Part shown: positions 26,761-41,119 of the stretch, piece by piece
How positions within the stretch are numbered: the stretch's first letter is position 1
Layout: each line of letters opens with the position of its first letter
Source of the DNA: Octopus bimaculoides
Lineage: Eukaryota
DNA: 64,000 bases
NCBI RefSeq assembly: GCF_001194135.2
Contig: NC_068997.1
Span: forward strand, 54,440,302-54,504,301
Direction of reading: 5' to 3'
The notes under the pieces: generated by a model
What the model saw: only the letters and a program-made list of their open reading frames with translations
The model's database searches: none
Told to the model about the DNA's origin: nothing
Translations under genes and position numbers: made by a program

Positions 26761-26800
<40 letters not shown>

Positions 26801-27121
26801 GGCGGTGGTAGTAGTAGTAGTCGTTGTTGTTGTTGTTTTTGGATCTGTCGCACCAAATTTGATATCAGCCTTTTCCCGTGATTTGTTTGTTTTACAATTT
26901 ATAACGTCTTCGGTTAGCAATAAATCTATTTACGTAAAACGAAGTTCAACCTTACACGATCAATAAATGTCACTGTGACTGTTGGAAGAAAGCAATTTCA
27001 TTTCGAAAACACGAATTCCTAAACATGTTTTAGTCTTTTCAAATGTCTTCTGATATTTACTTTTTCCAGAAAACCGCTGGGCGTTTCTTAAATCCCGAAG
27101 CAATCATTTGTTTCCTGTCAC

Positions 27122-27245
27122 CAGTAAGTGTGTGGCCCACGTGACCGCTAGATTTTGATGTCCAGCCTCTAGATTCATAAATGATATGGTTATGTCTTGA
27201 ATCCGAGAAAAATGGAGATGGTCTCTGTCTTCGGATGAAGTTAAT
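27122..27245 (-). CDS. Candidate upstream exon C (LTSSEDRDHLHFSRIQDITISFMNLEAGHQNLAVTWATHLL)
   Basis: 124 nt = 1 nt + 41 codons. Acceptor ccgtttctatag|A. The donor CTG|gtgaca is weak, but the phase-0 end matches the exon B start. A second frame is also open, so the call is uncertain. Confidence 0.4.
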
Positions 27246-27827
27246 CTATAGAAACGGATCATACAAGCGTTCGTTCAGCTTTTGGAAGTGGAGAAGAATG
27301 TAATCTTTCTGGGCCTTGTCCTTCACTAAACACNNNNNNNNNNNNNNNNNNNNNNNNNNNNNNNNNNNNNNNNNNNNNNNNNNNNNNNNNNNNNNNNNNN
27401 NNNNNNNNNNNNNNNNNNNNNNNNNNNNNNNNNNNNNNNNNNNNNNNNNNNNNNNNNNNNNNNNNNNNNNNNNNNNNNNNNNNNNNNNNNNNNNNNNNNN
27501 NNNNNNNNNNNNNNNNNNNNNNNNNNNNNNNNNNNNNNNNNNNNNNNNNNNNNNNNNNNNNNNNNNNNNNNNNNNNNNNNNNNNNNNNNNNNNNNNNNNN
27601 NNNNNNNNNNNNNNNNNNNNNNNNNNNNNNNNNNNNNNNNNNNNNNNNNNNNNNNNNNNNNNNNNNNNNNNNNNNNNNNNNNNNNNNNNNNNNNNNNNNN
27701 NNNNNNNNNNNNNNNNNNNNNNNNNNNNNNNNNNNNNNNNNNNNNNNNNNNNNNNNNNNNNNNNNNNNNNNNNNNNNNNNNNNNNNNNNNNNNNNNNNNN
27801 NNNNNNNNNNNNNNNNNNNNNNNNNNN

Positions 27828-27936
27828 GGCTTTGGTCGGCCCGAGGTTATAGGAGAAGACACTTGCCCAAGGTACCACGCAGTAGGCCTGAACACAAAGC
27901 TATGTGGTTGGTAAGCAAGCTACTTGCCACACAACC

Positions 27937-27967
<31 letters not shown>

Positions 27968-28125
27968 CTCACGCGACGGGCTTCTTTCAGTTTCCGTCTG
28001 CCAAATCCACTCACAAGGCTTTGGTCGGCTCGATCCTATAGAAGACACCTGCCCAAGATGTCACGCAGTGGAACTGAACCCGGAACCATGTGGTTGATAA
28101 GCAAGCTATTTACCACACAGTCACT
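27828..28125 (-). mobile_element. Two SINE family A copies separated by (AT)n
   Basis: The reverse complement gives gtggtaaatagcttgcttatcaaccacatggttccgggttcagttccactgcgtgacatcttgggcagg...gccttgtgagtggatttgg. Confidence 0.9.
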
Positions 28126-29469
28126 CCTATGTATGCATGCGTGTATGTATATACACCATCTGTTAGAATGTGCGGTTAAACAGTCCTAATATATCCAGAT
28201 ATATAGTTCAGTGAATGGCACTAATAATTACCAGCATTCCATAGATCTGCCTCGTCTGATACCATACACCAACAACAACAACACCCAGAGGAAAAATACA
28301 GAACATCTGAAGAATTCCCCTTTACCAATTTATACAAAATCGTTTCCAAATCAAAAAATTATTGTTGCACAAGTGTTTATTCTGATTCCAATATCTTCCG
28401 TTATTAAGCACCAATATATGAGCAGCTCATCAAAGATAACCTGTCTATAATCACCTGCTTGAAATGGTTGTCTTTTTTCTTTCGTTTTTTTTTTTTTGTT
28501 TTCTTTTAATTTGGACAATATTCTAGTTGGTTTTCTTCACCTCGTCATGGCATTTGAAATTTTCAAGACAAATGCTATGGAAGTAGATAATGTAGAAATT
28601 CTATCCATTGCATTTGTTAATTAATAAAATATATATTCCTAGAAATTAATTATTTCGTCTGACATGTTACCCGGCCTGCAGCATCAACTCTAACCTTAAG
28701 TCTAACCTTTATTCACTCTTTGTTGTCCGTGGTATTGGCTGTAAAATTATTAGGGTCAAGTTGAATATTATGCGAGACATCACGCCATGATAGCACTTGA
28801 GTATGCAATTCCGTATTTATTTGGTAAAGTAATATCTTTCGAGGAAATAAGAATTTTCTATGAACAATAACTCATGTTGTATTTGCAAATTAGTTTTCAA
28901 GAATCAGTTTCCGCCTGCTATTGCTTGTAACACTTTGATTAATCGTTTTAATTTCAGGTTGTAAGCTTGTGCCAATGACTAATGCCAAATCGACATTTTC
29001 GGAACGTGACCATGAATCCTTTGAATTGAAAGAAGAAAGTAGACTATTCTTGTAACGATCTGGCTTGTTTCAGTGTCCAACCATGACTACTACTTCCGAA
29101 ATACTCCCGGATCTGTTCTTATTTCTAAGCAAATTCCAGTGACCATTTCCTCTCCTGTTACTTCATCTTTATTCAATCCTAATTATAAATTACAAATGAG
29201 GTTCCATCTCTGGATACAAGATTAAATGTTAAACAGTTGGTTATTATTGGGATCATTAATGTCACTACATTCCTGGTTCGTACTGCAAATGGGTGGATAC
29301 AGTTATTTTTATTGATTAATTCAGGGAAGAAAGGACGGCCTACATAGCATTTTCTCGTATCTCCGTCACTTGTGGCAATAAAGAAAATTAATACCAACAG
29401 ACCTAAATGAGCCGAGTCACATCACTGCCTTTACCTCATAAGTTGTTTTTCTGTGATCACGTGTGATCA

Positions 29470-29627
29470 CAACTTCCAGGCCGAATTCCAAAAGTGGCAG
29501 GAGCGCTGGGACTGGTGTATTGCTGCGCAAGGTGATTCTTTCGAAGGAAATGATGTCAAAACATCGGTCAATAAGTTATTTTTTTATTAAACATATCTAG
29601 TTTGGGAACTTTTGATGCCATCTCGTA
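29470..29627 (+). mobile_element. Mariner transposon 3' end with terminal inverted repeat
   Basis: FQAEFQKWQERWDWCIAAQGDSFEG matches the mariner C-terminus (RW..C....G.YFE). Ends in gaacttttgatgccatctcg+TA. Confidence 0.75.
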
Positions 29628-30751
29628 TATAGAGTGTCGATGACAAAAGTCATGGAGGCCACACGAAAATCACGGAAACAATCTTCTTCCTCAAAAATAA
29701 AAGCATAACAAGCGACCTACATAGAAACGTTGGCAATAAAATTTGAACCTACCAGGTATAGATTGATAGTTCAATACTCATTTCACCTAGATGGTTTGTC
29801 TTGATAGCTGCTGTGCTACCTTATTTTAATAACATCTTTGTCAAAATGTTATGGCCTCGTCAAAAAAAGGTGAGTGAGATAGGAATAAGGAATAGGAAAC
29901 AAACTCAATTCATCTTTTACTTCAGTAGAAAGAAGTAGGTCGATATATCGAATTATCAGTTAATGTCAGATGTGTGATGGATAACTAAGAGGTCATCGAA
30001 TAGTTTTGTTATATCTTCGATCTCTAGTCAAACAATGTGAACTTGCTGTCACAGACATATTTACTTCCACACTTTGGTTCAACAATGTTTCCTTCATGTT
30101 TGATAATTCTTTTCCTAACCATTTCTGACCTGACAAAAATTCCAATCTAAAACTACAAGAAAGCGTAGACCACCTCTCAACCCAAGAGAACCCCGTTTTT
30201 GTAGATGATTAGTTACCTGGTTCTCAAAGAGTTTCAATCTCGCACAGAATGGTTAGTGAATTCTGTCAGTATGTAATTTCAATGAAATTCTTTTAAAGAA
30301 ATATTTCGAATTATAAACACATGCAACAGCTATATACAAGGCACCACCATTATTATTGCACTAAACAATGAGTCTTTTGGGAAGAGAGCGGTGAATATAA
30401 TAAATTTTTCGCTGTTTTAAATTGAGATTGCCAGTACGAAATGGTAGCCTTTAAACTTTTAATTAGAGAGCGACACAACGGATGTTCTACAAATGCTTTT
30501 GGAAAGTCTATCGTATTTCTGTGACACATCCATGTTAACCTGTTTTGACCTAAAACAAATATTGAGATGTCTTCTACCTTCCAGTCGAATACTCCAACAG
30601 GAAAACGGTTATTTATTTATTTATTCATTCGGTTCCGTGTTAACGGTGAAGTAATCGTGGTTCTGAATAAATATTCTAATTATTGCTTTGGCACGAATAT
30701 GCAATGTACTTAGTAAAGATGTCAGTATCAAGAGTGTTTGATTGAAATACA

Positions 30752-30824
<73 letters not shown>

Positions 30825-31093
30825 TATCGATCGACAGATAGAGTCAATGGAAATGTGTCTGTATATATGTGTGTCTCTGTACATGTGCCTGTTGATCTAT
30901 GTAGGCTTCTATCGATCTATCTCTCAATCTATTTGTCTATCTATTTATACAACGAACCAAGGCCTAGTATAAAATTTTGAGAAATGGTTTGAATATTTCT
31001 CTCTTCATCAATCGCTTTCTTTTCTTAACACACGTGCATACACACATGGGAATGTGTATACATACATACATGTACGTATGTGCGTGTGTGATA

Positions 31094-31132
<39 letters not shown>

Positions 31133-31706
31133 GCACGCACACATGCACACTTACTGTATCCACTACACACGTATATGGCATCTCCACACCTATATATCAA
31201 CACCTAAATTTGATTTATTAAACAATTGAAGACTCGGTTCTTTTTATGCTCGTTTTTCTTCACAAACAATAACAGACTGACGGAAGCATATTCCGTTTTC
31301 CTCACGCCAAACTCGAGTGTTTAAATACGCAAAATTAATTCATTGAACATTTTCAAAGACTTGCCAATTCCTACCGCAAAAGTCACTTTCAAAATTTATT
31401 AAATAAATCAAATAAATGTAAACATATAATTATATATGAGGCAGAAAACGTGTATTATAAACGAAGTAGATTAGCGTAAATATAAGGAGAGTTGCCATAT
31501 TTCAAAAGACAAGAATAAATCTATGGAGAGATCCGAGGATACAGTTAGGAAGACTAATTTCCAGGAAGGGAAATGCATAAAAATAAAACAATAATAAATG
31601 CACAAAATTCAAAATAAAACCGAATTAAAACGAAAAGAATGCTTTTCTCTTGACACGTTCTGTCAGCATACTCTAAGAGAAAAATACTTGTGTATGATCA
31701 TTTGAT

Positions 31707-31759
<53 letters not shown>

Positions 31760-31869
31760 CATGCGTAAGTTTGTACTATAAATGTAGATGTTTATAATGT
31801 TTATAGCTATCTATCGATAAACACGTATTCATTTCCGTATGTATAATTTTTTTTGTTTTATATACACAT

Positions 31870-31900
<31 letters not shown>

Positions 31901-31954
31901 TATATATATACATACATACATACATATATAAATACATATATATGTATGTATATG

Positions 31955-31993
<39 letters not shown>

Positions 31994-32893
31994 TATACAC
32001 CTATATATAAACATATATACGTGTGTGTATATTTATGCATATATGAGTTAACATATGCATACACACACACACACACGCACAATATACACAATATTATTAT
32101 TGGTTGCAAATCTAATTAATCACCACCAAATCCACGAACATAATCATCATCGTCGTTGATGTTGTTGTTGTTGTTGTTGTTATTATTATTATTATTATTA
32201 TTATAATTATTATTTTCATTATCATCCTGTTTCAGTTCTGTTTCCCTTTCTTGCCGAGTGTCTACTTGACACCCAGGGCAGAGAAACGCACTGCATACAT
32301 TGCTGGGCCCTTAAAATAAACACGCCACGTTGTTCATTTACAAAGTCATGTGATAGAGAAAAGGGGCAATAGAGACAGAGAGAAAAAATAAAAAAATAAG
32401 AAATAAAAAAAGTAAACGATAGAAATAAAGGGGGGGGGGACAAATTCATAGCGACAATGTTCTTCTTGGTACTTGTGACGAACCAGTTAAGACAATCTTT
32501 TGCCCTTCCTGCCAGGGATGGTAAGCCAGGAACCATTCTAAAATAATTTTCTTTCATTATTTTTGTTGTTCTTGTTGGTTTTGGTGGTGGTGGTAGTGGT
32601 GGTGGTGGTGGTGGTGCTGTTGCTGCTGCTGCTGCTGGTTGGTGTTATTCCCTGATATATTCAGACAGCCTTCATCATTGCAATTTTATGTAACTTCACT
32701 TTCATTTGATTGTCTTAAGACATGCAAGCCGAAACTTCGAAATCACTATCAATATGTTCCTTGTTGTAAATGCTAATAAATAATCTAATAAGTATGCAGT
32801 GTTGAAAAGTATTGAATATTCCTTTAGTTTAATGCTCAATAATTTATATATATATAACTTGAGCGAAAACCAAACACACACACGAATAGATAG

Positions 32894-32945
<52 letters not shown>

Positions 32946-33429
32946 GCATACATGCATACATACATACATTCATGCATACATTCATACATACATACATACA
33001 TGCATACATACATATATTCATATAATTTGTAAGACTGTATGTTGTTCAATGCTTGTGTTTGTGTTTATGCGCTCGTGCGATGTCTGTGCGTGCGTGCGTG
33101 CGTGCGTGCGTGTGTGCATGCGTGCGCACGTGTGTGTGTGCGTGCGTGTGTGCGTGCGTACGTGCGCACGTGTGTGTGTATGTACAATTTTTGTTTTTAG
33201 AAAAACATCAAATCCAAATCTAATTCGAAATCTAGGATTTCATCTGAAATGAAAATTAATAATTCATATCGCAAACGATATCTTATGAATATTAATGTGA
33301 TAAACCTTTTTTTTAACTGTTATATTCAATTACTCCAGTTCAAAGAAATTATAGTCTAACCCGTGGAATTAGTTTAGGGGCCATCAGCATATTGCCTATT
33401 TGCTTTCAAATACATACACGATCACACGT

Positions 33430-33630
33430 GACCTAGTGGTGAGAGTGTGGTACTCCCGATCGCAAGATCACGGTTTCCAATCTCGGACCCGGAGGGACGT
33501 TGTGATTTTTAGCAAAATACTTCATTTTGCTTTGTCTCAGTCCACTCAACTGTAAGTAAGTGTCCATGTGACGAACTAGTGGCTCGTTTAGCGAGGAATG
33601 TCGAGATCTCGGTCTCTTATATGCCACAGG
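33430..33630 (+). mobile_element. tRNA-derived SINE family D, diverged
   Basis: cctagtggtgagagtg...cgatcgcaagatcacggtttccaatc...cagtccactcaactg, shared with the 47 kb copy. Confidence 0.7.
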
Positions 33631-34283
33631 CTGGTGACGGAGCTTGAAATTTAAAAAGAATATTTAAGAAAGCACATTGTGACTAGCGATGTTAACAAAT
33701 ATAATCATATTCACAGACACATATCTATCGGGGAACAGATTCTCTATAGAAGAGAATCCTCAGGTTAAAGGCAGTGACGATGATGATGCTGATTATGAGG
33801 NNNNNNNNNNNNNNNNNNNNNNNNNNNNNNNNNNNNNNNNNNNNNNNNNNNNNNNNNNNNNNNNNNNNNNNNNNNNNNNNNNNNNNNNNNNNNNNNNGGA
33901 GGAGGAGGAGGAGGAGGGGGAGGAGGAAAGAAATGGAATCTGTAAAGGAATTCAAAGATAAATATCATAGCAATGACCAAAATAAAATAAGGTTATCTAT
34001 TTCTCCTAACCAGTCAGAACTGAAGACATTACTCCAGCCTGGTCTTGACATTGATGGCTGAAGCAATTTGGAGAACTAAACTGAGTTCAGCTATATATGT
34101 GCATGGGGGTGTGAGTGGGCGTGTGACTGGGTATGTATGTATGCGTGAGTGTATCTGCGTGTCTGTTTGTTTGGGTGTTTGGGTGTGTGTGTGTGTGTGT
34201 GTGTAAAGATAGATAGATAGATACGTACATACATACAATATACACGCTCATACAGACTAGCATAATCGTACAAGCATCTCTCT

Positions 34284-34373
<90 letters not shown>

Positions 34374-34377
34374 TTTA

Positions 34378-35609
34378 TAAGTTGTTCAACAAAATAATGG
34401 AAATACCTTGTTAAATGGCAGTTTTGTATATTTTATCCGGAGATTCTCCACCTTTGGCATCAATCACATTTTTAATACGTCAGGGAATTGACTCGTATAG
34501 GTTCTGAATGGTTGTTAGGGGAATTCTGAGCCATTCTTCAAACATAACCAATCTTACTTCTTCCACTGACGATGGCTGAAAGAAAAGGTTCCTTGCTGCT
34601 TCAAAATACATTACAAATGTTCGATTGTATTGAGATACGGTAACTGTAGGGGCTAATCAAAGTGGTTTACTTCTCTTTTGTCCCTTTCTTATCAATTCTA
34701 GTTAGATCTAGTCACGTGAAGCGGTACATTTTTGTCCTGGGTGACTGCACTGCCATCAGGGAATAATGTACCGTAGAATAGACATGATCAGCCAAAATAC
34801 TCGCGTAATCTTTTGCGTTAACTCTGCAAATTTGAAAGAAAAACTAAACGGCTAAAAGTATTCCATGTGGTTGCCCAAATTAGCACAAAACCAATTCAGT
34901 GTTTCACAGCTGGAGCCAAAGTGTCAGGATTGAAGGCATTTTGGGACTCTCTCTTGACATAAACTCGACACGAGATGGGAAAAGTGTAAAATGATGGTTC
35001 ACTGGAGGAAGATTAGATTTTCTTTAGAGTCATTTTTCTGCTTATCAATAATATTTGGGGACGGAAGAGGTTTAGTAATTACAGCCCTGTTTTTGTATTC
35101 AGCTTTATGGGGCTTAAAATGAACGGTCTTCGTTTACACAAGGTGATGTGTTAGATTTGCTCTCACGTTTGCTGCCGTCGTCTTATGGCTTTTAGACAAA
35201 GTACATCTGACTATCCTGCCGTCCCTCTCTGTGACATTTGTCTTCCACATAGAATTGTGCTTGCCAGAGATGGTTTTACTTTGGTTTTGGAATGCCAACT
35301 TGATTCCAGAGGCTGTACTTTTCAAAACATTAAAGAAATTCATCAATTTTTGTGAGTGAAGCCCCAATCACCCATGCGCCAACAACTCGTCCTCTTAGGA
35401 AATTAGATTGGTCATACGCCTTAACTTATTTAAACATAAATGTATGCAAAAAAAAAGAAAAGAAAAACGCAAAACAGAGCGAGGTATATTATGTAATACA
35501 AGGCACACAAAATGCATAGGAACACAAATATAGAGAACAGTTCTGAATTGGTACCAATAGCAAAGTAGTTAAATAAAAATGATGTTTCTATCATTTTGTC
35601 AAACCGCTG
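34378..35609 (-). mobile_element. Near full-length decayed Tc1-like DNA transposon
   Basis: Transposase remnants: N-terminal TERDGRIVRCTLSKSHKTTAANVRANL, APTVKH, FPDGSAVTQDKNVPLH (DDE region) and IQNLYESIP*RIKNVIDAKGG. Degenerate TIRs at about 34381-34408 (caacaaaataatggaaatac) and 35581-35609 (gtttctatcattttgtc). Many stops and frameshifts. Confidence 0.85.
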
Positions 35610-35610
35610 C

Positions 35611-35648
<38 letters not shown>

Positions 35649-35809
35649 NNNNNNNNNNACAGAGAGAGAGAGAGAGACAGAGAGACAGAGACAGAGAGAG
35701 AGAGACAGAGATAAAACACACATACATACATACATATATATATACACATACATATATATACTCATACATACATACATATGTATATATATTTTTTTCGAAT
35801 ATATATAGG

Positions 35810-35873
<64 letters not shown>

Positions 35874-37731
35874 CATACGTACGTGTGCGTGTGTGTGTGC
35901 GCGCGTGTGACTGTGTGTGAACGCAAACATGGGGAACAACATGTCAGAAAATATTTTCCCGCAAGCTATGGAACATTGCAAAAGTTAGGAATATCTCATT
36001 CTAGTTTAAATACATTGGGTAGATCAAACGGACAAGCGTTTATTGGATCAGATTGTTGTGTTATTGTGTCTTCTGCTACACATGTGTATGAGATTGCGTA
36101 CATTCACATATGAGCACATATACATACATTCATATATGTGAGTGTATGTATTTAAGGTTTGATGTATATATATATATTCGCATTCTCATACATGTACACA
36201 CGCGTTTCCGTACATATATATATATCCTACATGTGTGTGGTGTGTGCCTGTTTGTATGCGCATGTGCGTCTTTATATGTACCGGTATGGCTAAACCCAAA
36301 ATGCAATTGTAAAGATTCCGCCATTTTCGCACACGCATTCACACACAAACCTGCACAAATACGGACACACGCACATAACAGGTACACGCACACACACGCA
36401 CGCGCACGCTCACACGCACACGCACTTATACAGACATACACACACACACAAACACAATTCACAGATTCCCACACATAAACATATTCATAGATATTGATAC
36501 ATAAATATGTTCACAGATACACCACATAACCATATTCAGAAATATGCATACACACACGCAAACGCAAACACAAAAAAAAACACACACAAACATACAAACA
36601 TGCGCACGCACATACACACTCACACACACGTTCCGACATCCACATACACACATAGTACAATTCAATATACAATTTATTTGCCAGATAGAATTACTGGCAG
36701 ATCCATTCCTATATCTTGCTAGAATTTTCTGCCTAGAGTTCTTCGATTTATTCTATATTTCAATATATGATATTAGATGATGGCAGAGGAAGAAACCTGC
36801 TCTCTGTTGTATATCAGTGGCAACTGAGAATCTAATTTAATTAATGTCTTACAAGAATATTACAAGGCAAGATCTGCAAGTTTACACAATTGGCATGCTG
36901 GAGAAAAGTATGTTACGTCAATAGATTGTATTTGATTTTAGCTTTTCTGTCACAGTTCCATCTTTCATTGTTTCTATCTAAAACAATGAACAAGTTTCTC
37001 TGCGTTGTCGCTTAACCTTTTATTCATATATTTTTAATCTTTTTACTATTTTATACAGTGTAGTAAGGACAGAAACTATAAGACAGTTTTAGGACAATGA
37101 ACGGAAGTGAGCGAAAGCTAGCTACAGAGAGGAGATGTGACATTTATGTAAAAGAGTGGACTATGCTACCCTATAAAAGACATCCAAGAATCTAATGGTA
37201 GTGTTAAATGGCAATGGATGGAGCCAATCTCCCTTCTGAGGAGTGTTACTGTCCAGGTAACAGGTCTCTACACAGTTTCTACCTGTGACTAATTATCCAC
37301 AAACATTTGTGTCTGATCTCCCACCTGAATGAACAAACTTCGATAACATCGACTCATTTTCTGCTTGTATTGCAAGCCACGAAGTAATGCTAGACATCAG
37401 ACAATTCCAGGAAAAGGAAAAGCGTTGAAGATGTATATCACATAAAAAAAAGTGCTTCCTTGCTCGAAAATTTACTTCATTGTGAACTGTACCAGTAATT
37501 AACACGGCACAGTCCTGCCACCCACGATGTCAAACTATTTTTAGCTTTAAATTATGTTAATAAACATGTTTCTCTGGAACAACAATTCTTAAAAGCAGCT
37601 CCCAGGGCTGCATGCCTCTCTCAAAGCATCCTTCCAGCAGCCTTTGACGGTCTTCCCTCTATAAATAGAATGAGACAGACGGACAGAGAGAGAGACAGAC
37701 AGACAGACAAACAGACAGACAAACAGACAGG

Positions 37732-37778
<47 letters not shown>

Positions 37779-38404
37779 CTTCAAAGTTATGCACGTGTGA
37801 TGGCATTTCTATATATTGCTGGTAGGTAGGGAGTAATGTGCATATGTAGGTACACAGAGATGCTATATAGATATGAGATTCCATAGAACATTGCGAGACA
37901 AGCGATAAACAAAGTCAATTGCAGAAATATATGAGACACCAGAGCAATTTTATCTGATTTAATTTTATGGAACACCAGAAGCGAATTCATTTTGAATATG
38001 AGATATGTGATCTAGCATTCTCAAATTCTAGTATTGCCTTCGGCTGACACGTTTTTGATGGTACACTGTCAACTGTAGCTGTTTTCTGCCAGCAGACACT
38101 CAAGATTCAGTTTGGTATTTAGTATATTTGGAATCGTTTCAACATTGCCATAGACGAAATAATGTTACCATTTCTCCAAGTAAATGGTGTTTTAAAAGAA
38201 TTAGATGCACTTTAACAAGTTGTTGGCGAGAACCAGATACTGTCGCCTCTAAAAGAACCGCAGTTATCGGTGTAGACCATATAGTTATGAAGTTTGCTTC
38301 ACAACAAGGTGATTCCAAGTTCAATCCCATTCCACGGCACATGCCTGCTAGCATAGCCTCATATGGGGGTCTTGTGCCTAAAGTAGGAAACAATATACAT
38401 ATAT

Positions 38405-38689
38405 TCTTTTATTCGTTTACTTGTTTCAGTCATTTGACTGCGGCCATGCTAGAACACCACCTTTAGTCAAACAAATCGACCCCAGGACTTATTCTTGTGA
38501 GCCTAGTACTTATTCTATCGTTCACTTATGCTGAACCACTAAATTACGGGGACGTTAACATACCAGCATCGGTTGTCAAGCGATGGTTGGAGGACAAACA
38601 TATACATACATACAACCATATATGTGTGTGTGTGTGTGTATAAGACAAGCTTCTTTCAGTTTCCCTCTACCAAATCTACTCACAAGGCT
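38405..38689 (-). mobile_element. SINE family C copy plus a family A 3' end running into a gap
   Basis: cagtcatttgactgcggccatgctagaacacc...accagcatcggttgtcaagcgatg, then ctttcagtttccctctaccaaatctactcacaaggct. Confidence 0.85.
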
Positions 38690-39331
38690 NNNNNNNNNNN
38701 NNNNNNNNNNNNNNNNNNNNNNNNNNNNNNNNNNNNNNNNNNNNNNNNNNNNNNNNNNNNNNNNNNNNNNNNNNNNNNNNNNNNNNNNNNNNNNNNNNNN
38801 NNNNNNNNNNNNNNNNNNNNNNNNNNNNNNNNNNNNNNNNNNNNNNNNNNNNNNNNNNNNNNNNNNNNNNNNNNNNNNNNNNNNNNNNNNNNNNNNNNNN
38901 NNNNNNNNNNNNNNNNNNNNNNNNNNNNNNNNNNNNNNNNNNNNNNNNNNNNNNNNNNNNNNNNNNNNNNNNNNNNNNNNNNNNNNNNNNNNNNNNNNNN
39001 NNNNNNNNNNNNNNNNNNNNNNNNNNNNNNNNNNNNNNNNNNNNNNNNNNNNNNNNNNNNNNNNNNNNNNNNNNNNNNNNNNNNNNNNNNNNNNNNNNNN
39101 NNNNNNNNNNNNNNNNNNNNNNNNNNNNNNNNNNNNNNNNNNNNNNNNNNNNNNNNNNNNNNNNNNNNNNNNNNNNNNNNNNNNNNNNNNNNNNNNNNNN
39201 NNNNNNNNNNNNNNNNNNNNNNNNNNNNNNNNNNNNNNNNNNNNNNNNNNNNNNNNNNNNNNNNNNNNNNTGTGTATGTATTTATATGTATATAAGTGTG
39301 TGTACGTATGTATGAGTATACATGTATGCAT

Positions 39332-39379
<48 letters not shown>

Positions 39380-39920
39380 GTATTTGAAAACGGACGTACG
39401 CAACGTTGCGATAGATCGAACTGAACCAAACAGAAAAATGTATTCAGTAATATATAGCTGTTCTTTGCTTGTAACGGCTACCTCACTAAGTGACATATTG
39501 TCATTAGTGTAGACCACTCAAATGTTTGCCATTTAAAGATTGTAGAAGACAGAAAGTATTGCAGTGGAGTTTGTTGATTGAAAAGCACTCTAAAATTATT
39601 CAGAATGTAATAATTGAAAATGACAGTAACACATCCACACACGTGACCACACAAGCGTATACATACATATATACACATCTACGTGCACAAGCATACACAC
39701 ACGCACACACACAGACATATATATATGAATATACATACATTCGTGTATGTGTGTGTGGTGTGTGTGGTGTGTGTGTGTATGTGTGTTAATCAAATATACC
39801 TCATATGCATATCTATATATATATGTGTATGTGCATATAGATGTGTGAACATATAGACTACATACATGTATTTATGTATATATGTATACATATAGGTAGA
39901 TATAGATGTACGTCTGAAAG

Positions 39921-39954
<34 letters not shown>

Positions 39955-40609
39955 ATATATATATATGCCTGCGTATATGTATGTATGTATGTATGATTCA
40001 CGTGAAATATCCGTAGTTCACAAACAAAATACATAAATATTCCAGTTGAAATATGTTGGTTGATATGGAATAGAAATGAATATTATTAACTATGTAACTC
40101 TTGTTTGGCAAAGAAAGAAAATGTCGCTTTGAATGGCCAAGGTAAGAATAAAAACTGATAGATATTAATATGATAGGAGTAAAAACGTATACGAATGCAT
40201 GAAAGAAAATCAGTTGACAAGTGAAAGAAATTAAGATTAAGAGAGATTAAAATAGTGCAAGAAAAATAAGCCAAGATAGTTCAGTGCCTTGAAATATTAA
40301 CGGTTCGAATATGTAGTTATACATAATAGTGCTACGATGAGTTTTGGAGACGGCTTAAATTGATTCATCTTTAAGTCTAAAGTAATATCCAGAAGATTAA
40401 CTATGTTAAGGTTTGCGTCAACACTCATTCTTAAACTAAATTCCCCATGCTTGATTTTGAGTATGTGTGTGCATGTCAGTATTTGTGTGTGTGTGTGTGT
40501 GTGTTTGTGTGTGATTTCAAAATCTATAACACCGGACTATCGTTTCTGTATGAAGATCTCGTAAGTTCGGATATATGGAAAGTATCTTATGGAAAGTATC
40601 CAGAATAAT

Positions 40610-40810
40610 CACTGCAGCTAAATTCAAGATGGAGAGCAGGTAGAATCGTCAGCTTGCTGAGTAACATCCTTAACGGTATTTCATTCGTCCTAACATTCTC
40701 AGTTGAAATGCCACCGAGGTCAATTTTACCTTTCATTCTTTCGGGGTACATGTAATCGGTTTGGCCGTTCTCCTTAAATTGCTGGCCTTGTACCAAAATT
40801 TGAAAGTAAT
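40610..40810 (+). mobile_element. SINE family B copy
   Basis: gagcaggtagaatcgtcagc...gaggtcaattttacctttcattctttcgggg...ggccttgtaccaaaatttgaaa. Confidence 0.75.
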
Positions 40811-41119
40811 ATTCTTACTAACTTCACTTCTATCGTGAGGTCCCATTGAAATATGAAAAGACTGGAGTCGACGTTCTTCAAACCACTGATTATTTATCGA
40901 AAAAAACTAGAAGGAAAATGTTGCTTCTACAATGGCCTTGATCATAATATCGTGGTAACTGGTTCTGTAAATGCCTCGATGTTGTCAGAGAACATTTTAA
41001 AATCTGGAATTTGGCTGAGAAAGGGACGCAATAACAAAAAAACAATCAAGCATAAGAACAGTGGGTGTGTACAGGGAGACGAAAACTTTTGAATTTATGC
41101 AAACGATATATAAAATATA

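Noticed and set aside
27070-27123. Plus-strand 54-nt segment with a strong acceptor and donor (ttttccag|...CCA|gtaagt)
   Set aside because: Two frames are open, there is no phase-linked partner, and it abuts the minus-strand exon C candidate. It cannot be distinguished from chance.
39399-39410. 12-bp perfect palindrome cgcaacgttgcg, and a doubled TGTGATCAC at 29452-29471
   Set aside because: Isolated short palindromes are expected occasionally, and there is no supporting context.
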